This document shows, piece after piece, positions 40,079 to 52,590 of a DNA stretch of 64,000 nucleotides. The position numbers and the translations under genes are program-made. This stretch comes from Eledone cirrhosa. Its lineage: Eukaryota. The notes below the pieces were generated by a model that was not told where the DNA came from, searched no databases, and saw only the letters and a program-made list of their open reading frames with translations. The first letter of the stretch is position 1, and each line of letters starts with the position of its first letter. Location: the NCBI GenBank assembly GCA_964016885.1, contig OZ024750.1, positions 25,048,001 to 25,112,000 on the forward strand. The letters are read 5' to 3'.

Positions 40079-40413
40079 TTAACCCTTTAGCATTTACATT
40101 ATTTTATAATAGATTTACATTATTTTATAATAAAATAAAGTACCAGTAATGTACTGATTAATTACAGGCCTTGTGCCAAAAGTAGAAACAATTATTTTAT
40201 ATTTACTATTGTATTTTCACTGTAAAGGCTTTACCTCACACAATTATCTCACATAATATCGGATCTACAAGATTTTGATGATATTTATTTTGACGATATT
40301 TATTTTGACGATATATTTAACATCAGTATGAGTGGCCAGTTATGGTCAGTTTGAACAGAAAGAGGTGAAATAATTCTGGCCAGATACGGCCAGTTTAAAT
40401 GCTAAAGCGTTAA
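40079..40413 (-). mobile_element. Family-1 MITE containing a truncated SINE A (40130-40190)
   Basis: TTAA ends; SINE tail flanked by ATTATTTTATA duplication. Confidence 0.82.
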
Positions 40414-40671
40414 ATCATGTAATATAGAAATATTTTTGTTTTCCCTTCATGCAAATACTTTCCTTAGACTAAATGGATTCCACCAATGATATTACTGTCC
40501 TCAGATATTTCTCAGCACCACCCAAATTACCACAATATATGCAAAAATGTGCTTTCTGCAAATTTCTTTTCATCTACTTCCCCCCATAAGGCAATTTAGC
40601 CTTTCAATGTGTTTCCTGTTCTTCCAGTTGTCGCTACTTGTAAATAGATTAGATAATTCTGTATGTTGGCA

Positions 40672-40739
40672 ATATATATATACGCGTGTGTGTGTGTGTG
40701 TATATATGTGTGTGTGTATATATTGTGAAAGTGTGTGTG

Positions 40740-40773
<34 letters not shown>

Positions 40774-40909
40774 ATATGTGTGTATGTATGTATATATATA
40801 TATGTGTGTGTGTGTGTATATATGTGTGTATATATATGTGTGTGTGTATATATATATATATGTGTGTGTGTGTATATATTGTGCGTGTGTATATATATGT
40901 GTGTGTGTC

Positions 40910-40941
<32 letters not shown>

Positions 40942-40960
40942 GTATATGTGTGTGTGTGTC

Positions 40961-40994
<34 letters not shown>

Positions 40995-41175
40995 CATATA
41001 TATATGTATATATATATATATGTATGTGTGTATATATTGTGCGTGTGTATATATATGTGTGTGTCATATATATATGTATATATATATATATGTATGTGTG
41101 TATATATTGTGCGTGTGTATATATATGTGTGTGTCATATATATATAAATATATATATATATGTGTGTGTGTGTGT

Positions 41176-41221
<46 letters not shown>

Positions 41222-41222
41222 C
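40672..41222. repeat. (TG)n/(TA)n compound microsatellite
   Basis: Directly visible. Confidence 0.95.
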
Positions 41223-41254
41223 AGAATATCTGTAGATCCACTACAATAAAGTCC

Positions 41255-41658
41255 ACAACTACTACTACAACCGCCACTACTATTATTACACCCACCACCA
41301 CCACCACTACTACTACTACTACAACCACCACCACCACCACCACCACTACTACTACTACTACAACCACCACCACCACCACCACTACTACTACAACCGCCAC
41401 TACTATTATTACACCCACCACCACCACCACCACCACTACTACTACTACAACCACCACCACCACTACTACAACCACCACCACCACCACCACTACTACTACA
41501 ACCGCCACTACTATTATTACACCCACCATCACCACCACTACTACTACTACAGCCACCACCACTACTACTACTACAACCACCACCACCACCACTACTACTA
41601 CAACCACCACCACCACCACCACCACCACCACCACCACCACCACCACCCATACTACTAG
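41255..41658. repeat. (ACC)n/(ACT)n compound trinucleotide repeat
   Basis: Directly visible. Confidence 0.95.
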
Positions 41659-41809
41659 CCAGTAATATATATTGATTGCTAGAGAGCTTATTTAGTATAA
41701 ATAAAGTTTCATACACTTACATACCGCAGACATGTTGAAACTACATTTTTACTGTATGTATGTGTGTGTGTATGTGTGTGAGTGTATGTGTATGTGTGTA
41801 TGTGTGTCA

Positions 41810-42010
41810 GCATACTGTAAATGTTGTTGGTGTTAGGAAGGGCATCCAGCTGTAGAGACCAACCCGAAATCAGTTCTATGTGAGCAAAATATGGTCTTCT
41901 GACCTGATCTCTCACAAAGGAACAGCCGACCGGGCACTGCCCACGACAGGACAACCCGTCTAACCCATGCTAGCATGGAAGAATGGACGTAAAATGGTGA
42001 TGATGATGAT
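41810..42010 (+). mobile_element. RTE 3'UTR fragment with (GAT)n tail
   Basis: Matches 61895-62070 in opposite orientation. Confidence 0.8.
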
Positions 42011-42075
42011 ATTCGCTCTTTCTCACTCTCTCACTCTCCTTCTCTCTCTCTAACACACTCTCTCTACATCACACG

Positions 42076-42111
<36 letters not shown>

Positions 42112-42546
42112 CTTTCCCTCTCTCTACCTCACCCCCTCTCTCTCTACCTCACTCTCTCTCTACCGCTCCCCACTCACTCTCTCTCTCTCAATGTGGTATA
42201 ATATCTCTAAGATGATTATGATTTGTTGATTCAATTTAAATTCCATTTCCACGGTAAAGCTAAAGGCTTACTGAGATGCAAACACCTAAGGAAGTCTTTT
42301 GTGATGAATGCATTAGAGCAATATATGGAGATAAGAATTGTAAGATTTATTACAAAGTGATTTTGAAATCGAGAATCTACTGAGTTTCTCTTGATCTCGT
42401 GTATTTAAAGATAAATTTCTATTAATCTATATCTGGATGGTTCACAGTAGAGAACCTAATGCAGTTTAAATAATTAGAATATATCTGTTCAACCAGTGCT
42501 AGTAGGGAGCGATGACGATGATGATTACATACTGTTATTTCTCTGG

Positions 42547-42708
42547 GAGGGTCGGACGCCATGCTTTCCAGCATAGTTATGTCCCTTTACGATCTGAGTT
42601 CAAATCCTGCCGAGGTTGACTTTGCCTTTCATCCTTACGGGGTCGATAAAATATAAAGTACCAGTAATGCACTGGGTCATTGCTGGCCTTGTGCCTAAAG
42701 TAGAAACG
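42547..42708 (+). mobile_element. 5'-truncated SINE A with 13-bp TSD GTTATTTCTCTGG
   Basis: TSD at 42534-42546 and 42709-42721. Confidence 0.85.
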
Positions 42709-42932
42709 GTTATTTCTCTGGTAGTATTCAAATATTATCAGATTGTTCAGAAATTAAAGCTGGTTTATGAAAGAGATTTTAATCTCAAAATATCAGGATT
42801 TATAAATAAATAAATTAAGGTAAAACACATCACATCTTGTTTCACTGTTTATTCATCCATTTCACATTGTTGTGGCTTTCAAACTTCAAATTTTATATAA
42901 AACCTGTATTAATTTCTGAACAACCTAATACA

Positions 42933-43172
42933 TTAAGCCTTTTGATACTAACCTATCCAAAACCAGTCCTGGTTCTATGAAATAAAACCACCTGTTTCAT
43001 ATGATTCCTGTATAAATTTATATCTTCCAGCATGATATTATACAAGAACCATATTTTAAGTTATCATATTAGGAACAAAATAATTAATCATTTGAGTAAA
43101 TCCTTCAAAATTCTTCATTAATTAATTGAAAGAGAGTATATTTCATTATAAATACAGTAATGAAAGGGTTAA
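42933..43172 (+). mobile_element. TTAA-type MITE family 2
   Basis: TTAAGCCTTTTGATACT...AGTAATGAAAGGGTTAA imperfect TIRs. Confidence 0.6.
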
Positions 43173-43287
43173 GTCTTTTTAATTTCAGTAGTATGTTAGT
43201 TTTTATTATTTATGTAGTATTTTTATCAAAATTATTGAAAAATTAAATGTTTTTGAGAATTTACATTTGGATTAATTTATAATTATA

Positions 43288-43617
43288 AGGCGCATGGCTT
43301 AGTGGTTAGAGCACTGTGCTTGCAATTGAGAGGTTGTGAGTTCAGTTCTCGGATCGAGTGATACATTGTGTCCTTGAGCAAGACACTTTATTTCACATTG
43401 CTCCAGTTTACTCAGCTGTAGAAATGAGTTGCGACGTCACTGGTGCCAAGCTGTATCGGTCACAGCCTTTCCCTTGGACAACATTGGTGGTGTGGAGAGG
43501 GGAGACTGGTATGTATGGGTGACTACTGGTCTTCCACAGCAACCTTGCCCGGACTTGTGTCTCGGTGGGAAATTTTCTAGGTGCAAAACCATGGTCATTA
43601 GAGACCAACAAGGGCCT
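43288..43617 (+). mobile_element. tRNA-derived SINE family D
   Basis: TGGCTTAGTGG A-box; head and core shared with family B, different tail. Confidence 0.8.
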
Positions 43618-44203
43618 ATATATAGAATAAACTACCCTTGCTAGTAGGGAAAACAGATGTTAAATCGACAATGATGATGATGATGATAATAAGAATTTAT
43701 TTTACAAATTTATATATTTTTAGTAATTAATATTGATATGAATTAATATAATTTTAAGTTTAATTATATAAAAAAATCATTATCTAGCTTTTTAAAAGAG
43801 ATAATTTAGACTTTGAAGTTATGTATTGATAGCAGCAACAGTTTGATTTGGCACAAATACTTCCTGTTGCTATGGAGATGAAGTTTGGAAAGAGATGTAT
43901 TCCTGAAATCCTATAACTTGGAGATAAAATTTAATAGTCACAAACTACTACTACTACTAATGCTGCTGCTGCTACCACAACCATATATATATAAATATAA
44001 AATTTTAATATGCTACCTCCATAACTATGTGATTACACTTTTTACAGATTATCCTCTGTTAATGTTTAATATGTTTATTTTATATATATATGTCAATCGA
44101 CCTTTAATTTAATTCTAATAACTGCTCGGATTTATTCCTTGGAATCTCTGAGCTGTTACATTCTATATTTTAAACACATTAGATGATGATGATGATCATG
44201 ATT

Positions 44204-44394
44204 TTAACCCTTTAGCATTTAAACCTTTAAACCGGCCAGAATTCCCTTATAACCAGCCACTCATACTGATGTTAAGGTATTGTTCGCAAAACAAATAATA
44301 TCAAAATCTAATAGATTCAATATTATGTGAGATAACGACTTTACCGTGAAGATGTAATAGTAAATTTGGAGTAATGTAAATGCTAAAGGGTTAA
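44204..44394 (+). mobile_element. Family-1 MITE (internally deleted)
   Basis: Perfect TTAACCCTTTAGCATTTA / TAAATGCTAAAGGGTTAA. Confidence 0.88.
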
Positions 44395-44619
44395 AGAGGT
44401 TTCCCATTGAAGCTACGGAGGCAAATTAAAACTTGTTTGAATGTGAGGGGTGGAGGTGAGGTGGGGATGAGATGAGGGGTTAGGAGTTGGGACAATTTAA
44501 AAATGGAGAAATGTTGCTATTACAGCTGGTGTTACATTTTTTAAAATATTTATTTTAGTTACTTTTCATTCCGCTGCTAATGAACGCCTATTTTAATTCA
44601 CAAACTTTTCTATATTTGC

Positions 44620-44620
44620 A

Positions 44621-44651
<31 letters not shown>

Positions 44652-45270
44652 CGTTTGAGTGTGTGTGTATGTATATATGTTGTGTTTGTATATATGTGTG
44701 TGTGTATATGTGTGTGTGTGTGTATATATATATGTGTGTGTGTATATGTGTGTATATGTGTGTATATGTGTGTATATTTGTGTATATATGTGTGTGTATA
44801 TATATGTGTGTATGTGTGTGTATATATATATATAATGGGATATATATATGCATATGCATATACATATCACAAGTATAGGTGTATGTATATGTATGCATAT
44901 TTATTTATGTATATGCGTATGTATATATATATATATAATGTGATATATATATGCATATTTATTTATGTATATGCGTATGTATATATATATAATGTAATAT
45001 ATATATGCATATTTATTTATGTATATGCGTATATATATATGATGTGATATATATATATGCATATATATGTATGCATATTTATTTATGTGTATGTATATAT
45101 ATATATATATATATAATGTGATATATATATATGCATATATATGTATGCATATTTATTTATGTGTATGTATATATATATATATATAATGTGATATATATGT
45201 ATGCATATATATGTATACATATTTATTTATGTATATGTGTATGCATATATATATATATATATATATTATA
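44620..45270. repeat. (TG)/(TA) compound microsatellite
   Basis: Directly visible. Confidence 0.93.
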
Positions 45271-45604
45271 GCGATAGAATGAAAACTGACAATAAATAAC
45301 ATGTTACTTTAAAAGCAAGTTCTTCACCTCTCCTCTCTCAGTTGATTAGATGGAATTGGTTACATCTGCAGTAAATATTTTACTGTTAGACTTCTTTTAC
45401 ACTAAAAATAAAATATTGGCTTCAACTTTTGTTCATTAGCCAACAGTCATCTTAACCATATCTTTTATCCTTATATCTTTTTTTTTATTATTACATCCTT
45501 CGTTTATTTTTACTCTCGTCTACCTAATAATTTGAAACTTTAATTTAATAATAATTTCAGCGTTTTGATTTCATATTATTATTATTAAATTTGAAACAAA
45601 ATAT

Positions 45605-48600
45605 GTGTAGGTATGGCTGTGTGGTTAAAGTGTTAGTTTTGTGTAGTATAGGTGTAGGTATGGCTGTGGTTAAAGTGTTAGTTTTGTGTAGTATAGGTGT
45701 AGGTATGGCTGTGGTTAAAGTGTTAGCTTTGTACAGTATAGGTGTAGGTATGGCTGTGTGGTTAAAGTGTTAGTTTTGTGTAGTATAGGTGTAGGTATGG
45801 CTGTGGTTAAAGTGTTAGTTTTGTGTAGTATAGGTGTAGGTATGGCTGTGGTTAAAGTGTTAGCTTTGTACAGTATAGGTGTAGGTATGGCTGTGTGGTT
45901 AAAGTGTTAGTTTTGTGTAGTATAGGTGTAGGTATGGCTGTGGTTAAAGTGTTAGTTTTGTGTAGTATAGGTGTAGGTATGGCTGTGTGGTTAAAGTGTT
46001 AGTTTTGTGTAGTATAGGTGTAGGTATGTCTGTGTGGTTAAAGTGTTAGCTTTCTACAGTATAGGTGTAGGTATGGCTGTGTGGTTAAAGTGTTAGTTTT
46101 GTGTAGTATAGGTGTAGGTATGGCTGTGGTTAAAGTGTTAGCTTTGTACAGTATAGGTGTAGGTATGGCTGTGTGGTTAAAGTGTTAGTTTTGTGTAGTA
46201 TAGGTGTAGGTATGGCTGTGGTTAAAGTGTTAGTTTTGTGTAGTATAGGTGTAGGTATGGCTGTGGTTAAAGTGTTAGCTTTGTACAGTATAGGTGTAGG
46301 TATGGCTGTGTGGTTAAAGTGTTAGTTTTGTGTAGTATAGGTGTAGGTATGGCTGTGGTTAAAGTGTTAGTTTTGTGTAGTATAGGTGTAGGTATGGCTG
46401 TGTGGTTAAAGTGTTAGTTTTGTGTAGTATAGGTGTAGGTATGTCTGTGTGGTTAAAGTGTTAGCTTTCTACAGTATAGGTGTAGGTATGGCTGTGTGGT
46501 TAAAGTGTTAGTTTTGTGTAGTATAGGTGTAGGTATGGCTGTGGTTAAAGTGTTAGCTTTGTACAGTATAGGTGTAGGTATGGCTGTGTGGTTAAAGTGT
46601 TAGTTTTGTGTAGTATAGGTGTAGGTATGGCTGTGGTTAAAGTGTTAGTTTTGTGTAGTATAGGTGTAGGTATGGCTGTGGTTAAAGTGTTAGCTTTGTA
46701 CAGTATAGGTGTAGGTATGGCTGTGTGGTTAAAGTGTTAGTTTTGTACAGTATAGGTGTAGGTATGACTGTGGTTAAAGTGTTAGTTTTGTGTAGTATAG
46801 GTGTAGGTATGGCTGTGTGGTTAAAGTGTTAGTTTTGTGTAGTATAGGTGTAGGTATGTCTGTGTGGTTAAAGTGTTAGCTTTCTACAGTATAGGTGTAG
46901 GTATGGCTGTGTGGTTAAAGTGTTAGTTTTGTGTAGTATAGGTGTAGGTATGGCTGTGGTTAAAGTGTTAGCTTTGTACAGTATAGGTGTAGGTATGGCT
47001 GTGTGGTTAAAGTGTTAGTTTTGTGTAGTATAGGTGTAGGTATGGCTGTGGTTAAAGTGTTAGCTTTGTACAGTATAGGTGTAGGTATGGCTGTGGTTAA
47101 AGTGTTAGTTTTGTACAGTATAGGTGTAGGTATGGCTGTGGTTAAAGTGTTAGTTTTGTGTAGTATAGGTGTAGGTATGGCTGTGTGGTTAAAGTGTTAG
47201 CTTTGTACAGTATAGGTGTAGGTATGGCTGTGTGGTTAAAGTGTTAGCTTTGTACAGTATAGGTGTAGGTATGGCTGTGTGGTTAAAGTGTTAGCTTTAT
47301 ACAGTATAGGTGTAGGTATGGCTGTGGTTAAAGTGTTAGCTTTGTACAGTATAGGTGTAGGTATGGCTGTGTGGTTAAAGTGTTAGCTTTGTATAGTATA
47401 GGTGTAGGTATGGCTGTGTGGTTAAAGTGTTAGCTTTGTACAGTATAGGTGTAGGTATGGCTGTGTGGTTAAAGTGTTAGCTTTGTACAGTATAGGTGTA
47501 GGTATGGCTGTGTGGTTAAAGTGTTAGCTTTGTATAGTATAGGTGTAGGTATGGCTGTGTGGTTAAAGTGTTAGTTTTGTGTAGTATGGGTGTAGGTATG
47601 GCTGTGGTTAAAGTGTTAGTTTTGTACAGTATAGGTGTAGGTATGGCTGTGTGGTTAAAGTGTTAGCTTTGTACAGTATAGGTGTAGGTATGGCTGTGTG
47701 GTTAAAGTGTTAGCTTTGTACAGTATAGGTGTAGGTATGGCTGTGGTTAAAGTGTTAGCTTTGTACAGTATAGGTGTAGGTATGGCTGTGTGGTTAAAGT
47801 GTTAGCTTTGTACAGTATAGGTGTAGGTGTGGCTGTGTGGTTAAAGTGTTAGCTTTGTACAGTATAGGTGTAGGTATGGCTGTGGTTAAAGTGTTAGCTT
47901 TGTACAGTATAGGTGTAGGTATGGTTGTGTGGTTAAAGTGTTAGCTTTGTACAGTATAGGTGTAGGTATGGCTGTGGTTAAAGTGTTAGTTTTGTGTAGT
48001 ATAGGTGTAGGTATGGCTGTGTGGTTAAAGTGTTAGTTTTGTACAGTATAGGTGTAGGTATGACTGTGGTTAAAGTGTTAGTTTTGTGTAGTATAGGTGT
48101 AGGTATGGCTGTGTGGTTAAAGTGTTAGTTTTGTACAGTATAGGTCTAGGTATGACTGTGGTTAAAGTGTTAGCTTTGTACAGTATAGGTGTAGGTATGG
48201 CTGTGGTTAAAGTGTTAGTTTTGTGTAGTATAGGTGTAGGTATGGCTGTGTGGTTAAAGTGTTAGCTTTGTACAGTATAGGTGTAGGTATGGCTGTGTGG
48301 TTAAAGTGTTAGTTTTGTGTAGTATAGGTGTAGGTATGGCTGTGTGGTTAAAGTGTTAGTTTTGTACAGTATAGGTGTAGGTATGGCTGTGGTTAAAGTG
48401 TTAGCTTTGTACAGTATAGGTGTAGGTAAGGCTGTGGTTAAAGTGTTAGCTTTGTACAGTATAGGTGTAGGTATGGCTGTGGTTAAAGTGTTAGTTTTGT
48501 GTAGTATGGGTGTAGGTATGGCTGTGGTTAAAGTGTTAGTTTTGTACAGTATAGGTGTAGGTATGGCTGTGTGGTTAAAGTGTTAGTTTTGTACAGTATA

Positions 48601-49084
48601 GGTGTAGGTGTGGTTAAAGTGTTAGCTTTGTACAGTATAGGTGTAGGTATGGCTGTGTGGTTAAAGTGTTAGCTTTGTACAGTATAGGTGTAGGTATGGC
48701 TGTGGTTAAAGTGTTAGCTTTGTACAGTATAGGTGTAGGTATGGCTGTGTGGTTAAAGTGTTAGCTTTGTACAGTATAGGTGTAGGTATGGCTGTGGTTA
48801 AAGTGTTAGTTTTGTGTAGTATAGGTGTAGGTATGGCTGTGTGGTTAAAGTGTTAGCTTTGTACAGTATAGGTGTAGGTATGGCTGTGTGGTTAAAGTGT
48901 TAGCTTTGTACAGTATAGGTGTAGGTATGGCTGTGTGGTTAAAGTGTTAGCTTTGTACAGTATAGGTGTAGGTATGGCTGTGTGGTTAAAGTGTTAGTTT
49001 TGTGTAGTATAGGTGTAGGTATGGCTGTGTGGTTAGTGTTAGTTTTGTACAGTACAGTATAGGTGTAGGTATGGCTGTATGGTT
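45605..49084 (+). repeat. 45/47-bp satellite (~75 units) resembling a SINE 5' head, with 415-bp higher-order repeat
   Basis: GTAGGTATGGCTGT(GT)GGTTAAAGTGTTAG(T/C)TTTGT(GT/AC)AGTATAGGT. Confidence 0.95.
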
Positions 49085-49176
49085 GGGGTTGATATGGTCA
49101 ACTAAATCAAAATGGTGCCTCAGCATGGCCTCAATCTAATAAAAGAATAAAAAATGTAATCTTAATTTATTATAAG

Positions 49177-49345
49177 TTCTGAGTTGAAATCCCGCCGAGT
49201 TTAGCTTTACCTTTCATCCGTACAGGGTTGATAGATAAAGTACCAGTAAGGCACTGGGGATCAATTTATTTGATTTTCCCTTCCCCAAAAATTGCTGGCC
49301 TTGTGCCTATAGTAGAAATCATCATCATCATCATCAACATTATTA
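49177..49345 (+). mobile_element. SINE family A, 5'-truncated
   Basis: GAGTTGAAATCCCGCCGAG...GGCCTTGTGCCTATAGTAGAAA. Confidence 0.8.
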
Positions 49346-49997
49346 TTATTATAATTCAGTGTTCATGATAGAAGGTTGTTGTTAGATGTGAGTAGATTGT
49401 TTATTCATCATAGAACATTGCTTTAGTTTCAATTGTTGAAGGAAATTCAACTAATTTCAGTTGAGTAACTTATGATTAAAACAAAAACTATAATTTCTTT
49501 AAAGCTGAGGAAGTAGCTGTGCTTGTGTACTGAGCTGAGGAAGTACATGTGCTTAATGTCTTTAAAGTTAAGGAAGTACCTGGGCTTGTGACTGGACTAA
49601 AGTTCCTCTTGTTTCTCTTAAAAATTTAATTAAATATAATTAAATTTAAAAATACAAACTGAAGTCAGACACGAGTTGGTAATTCCTCCTTCCAACCCAC
49701 GCAGAAATAATTAGTTTAGTCATTCACTTAAAGTGTTTAGTCTATCTTGTATGATGTCAGAATATCTTAAATGATGTTTATGGCTATAACCTATAAGAAA
49801 TGTTGAAATAACATGTAAGAATATCCAGATCCATTTTGAAATTTCCCATAAATATTAGTGAATCACCACAACAAGGTATCTTTTTGTCAGGTATCCATCT
49901 CAATATTATCTCATATTTTGATCTATTGGGCAACTTTGTCTAATAAAACACAGGAAGACATAAAATTGCTTTTATTCGTTTGCTGGAGGCTGACAGC

Positions 49998-50320
49998 TAA
50001 ACTGTTAAGCTATCCACATCATTACTACATTTCTGTTTCAAATAAGCTATTAAGCTGTATACATTATTACTTTATTTATGTTTTTAAATGAACTGTTAAG
50101 CTATCCATATCATTACTACATTTCTGTTTCAACTAAACTGTTAAACTATCCACAACATTACTATATTTGTTTCAACTAAACTGTTAAGATATCCACACCA
50201 TTACTATATTGCAGTTTCAAATAAACTGCTAAACTATCCACACCATTATTATATTTCTGTTTCAACTAAACTGTTAAGCTGTCCACATCATTACTATATT
50301 TCTGTATCAACTAAATTCCA
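49998..50320. repeat. ~51-bp degenerate minisatellite x~6
   Basis: TAAACTGTTAAGCTATCCACATCATTACTA(C/T)ATTTCTGTTTCAA. Confidence 0.8.
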
Positions 50321-50793
50321 AGACTATCAATTTAAACATGTTTTGTAAATGAACTATATCAAAGTATTGATATATTAAAGTATTGATATACCAAAGTATT
50401 GATTTGAATACAGCTTCACAAACTGTTCTAACATAAATCTATTACACAACTTTTGTGTAATAGACATAAAAACAATGATGACTTCACACATCACATCACA
50501 CTTCACACTTCTCACACACACACACTTCACATACACTTCACATACACTACCCACACACTTCACATTACACCCCCACACACTTCACATTACACATTACAGC
50601 CCCACTCCCACACACATCACACACACCATCCACACACTTCTCACACACCCATGTCTCACGTCATGCACTCACACCAACACATTTCATACACCATACTCAC
50701 ACACATTATATACATGCACAGTTCTCATACCATACACATATACACGCACACATTCATACACATATTTCACACACATACAATTACACACACACC

Positions 50794-51470
50794 GTGTATT
50801 GGGTGCTTTTTACCATGATACCTACACGGCCCTATTGCAGTGTGAACTGGGTGCTTTTAGTCATGGTAAAAAGCACCCAGCCCATGCTGTAAAGTGATTG
50901 TGTTTGGCAAAAGTGCCCAGCCCACACTGTAAAGTGGTCATGTAGGTGTCTCGACAAAAAGCACCCAGCCCACACTAAAGGGGTCGTGTAGGTGTCACTA
51001 CAAAAAGCACCCAGCCCATACTGCAAAGGGTCATGTAGGTGTCACTACAAAAATCACCCAGCCCATACTGTAAAGGGTCATGTAGGTGTCACTACAAAAA
51101 GCACCCAGCCCACACTGTAAAGTGTACGTGTAGGTGTCATGACAAATATACCCAACCCACACTGTAAAGTGGTTGTGTAGGTGTCATGACGAAAGCACCC
51201 AGCCCACACTGTAAAGTGGTCATGTAGGTGTCATGACGAAAGCACCCAGACCACACTGTAAAATGGGCGTGTAGGTGTCACAACAAAAAGCATCCAGTAC
51301 TCACTGTAAATGAGATTGGCGCTAAGAAGGGCATCCAGCTGTAGAAATCAAACCCAAATCAGTTCTGTATGAGCATGACAGGGTCACCCGACCTAGCATT
51401 GCTCACAACAGGACAACTCATCTAACCCATGCCAGTGTGGAAAAATTGACATTAAACAGTGATGATGATG
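50794..51470 (+). mobile_element. RTE 3'UTR/SINE-B tail with ~47-bp unit expanded ~10x and an inverted 5' segment
   Basis: AAAGCACCCAGCCCACACTGTAAAGTGGTCGTGTAGGTGTCATGAC repeats; GATGATGAT tail. Confidence 0.82.
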
Positions 51471-51944
51471 AATAAAATTCCATAAGTTATTTGTTATGTA
51501 TTTTAGTTTAATTTATATTATTGATTAACTAAAATGAATATTGATTTAAGATTGTTAGTTGATGGCTTTCATTAAATTGCATCAGAAGCATCACGTGGCA
51601 ACATTTTAACAATTTTGATTGGTTTGACTCATAATGGAGCTTAATTAGTGTTTTTAATGTGGCACAGTCAGAGCTGATTCAGAAATTTAATACTCTTTCC
51701 TCCCAACTCTTGTTCCTTATTCTTACAGCTTTTGCTTGAAAACCAATTCTATAATATGGTGATCTATACCTTAGTCACTTGAATGTATCAGAAACAGCTG
51801 TACCAGTTCAATAAATATCACAGACGTAATCATATCAGTTGCTTTCTTGTGAATTTTATAAAATGAGTCAATTTAATCAACAGAATAAAATTGAAAATAA
51901 ACTTGTCGAAATCTATAGAAACAAAATACATCAATTGAAGCTAT

Positions 51945-52235
51945 TTTTTTTTCTTCTTCTTTTCTTCTTCTTTTCTTCTTCTTAGCTTCTTCTTTTTTTC
52001 TTCTTAGCTTCTTCTTTTCCTTTTCTTTGCCCAATTATTCCTGAGAGGGTCGTGAGGGGAGAATCCTCAAACACTCCTTACAACAGGTCCTGTCAGAAGC
52101 AACTATCTCCAACTGATCTGGCTGGATTCCCAAGCATGACCAACCAAGCTCATGGATGTTGTCCAACCATCTTGCTCATCTACCCCTGGGTCTCCTACCT
52201 GCTCGTTTCGCCCGTAAAATCTGTCCAGCGATTCT
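51945..52235 (-). mobile_element. RTE (Rex3-like) 3' fragment with (GAA)n tail
   Basis: Third paralogue of 9490-9740. Confidence 0.78.
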
Positions 52236-52269
52236 TACCTTTTCATTTTTTTAAAATTCCATATGTCTA

Positions 52270-52590
52270 ACATACAAAATCAGAAAACAGTGCAGCTCCC
52301 GTGACTTTCTGAAAATTTTTTTTCATGTTCAGAGTTGCTGAAGAATGGAACAAACCACCTACATCAGTTGTTAGTAGTCGGGGACACTGCATCCTTCAAG
52401 ACCTCCATGTTTCCTGAAATTCACCAACACTACACCTGATATTCCTTCCTCCATGCACGCATGTGTGTGGCTGGCTACTCATACACTGTTCACTTTCTTG
52501 ACTTTTGTACATTATTCTATGTACTATACATGCACCTTTGATAAGTTGTAGTGTACCTGAACATTATACACAATAAATTTCATTATATCA
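52270..52590 (+). mobile_element. CR1-like LINE 3' end
   Basis: KIRKQ...FF..RVAEEWNKPP.SVVSSRDTASFK, matching the CR1-type FF..RV...WN.LP..VV.....FK motif. Confidence 0.75.

Noticed and set aside
40940-41716. Mucin-like poly-Thr, Gly-Ser or poly-Val ORFs
   Set aside because: Trinucleotide microsatellite with no splice sites or flanking coding context
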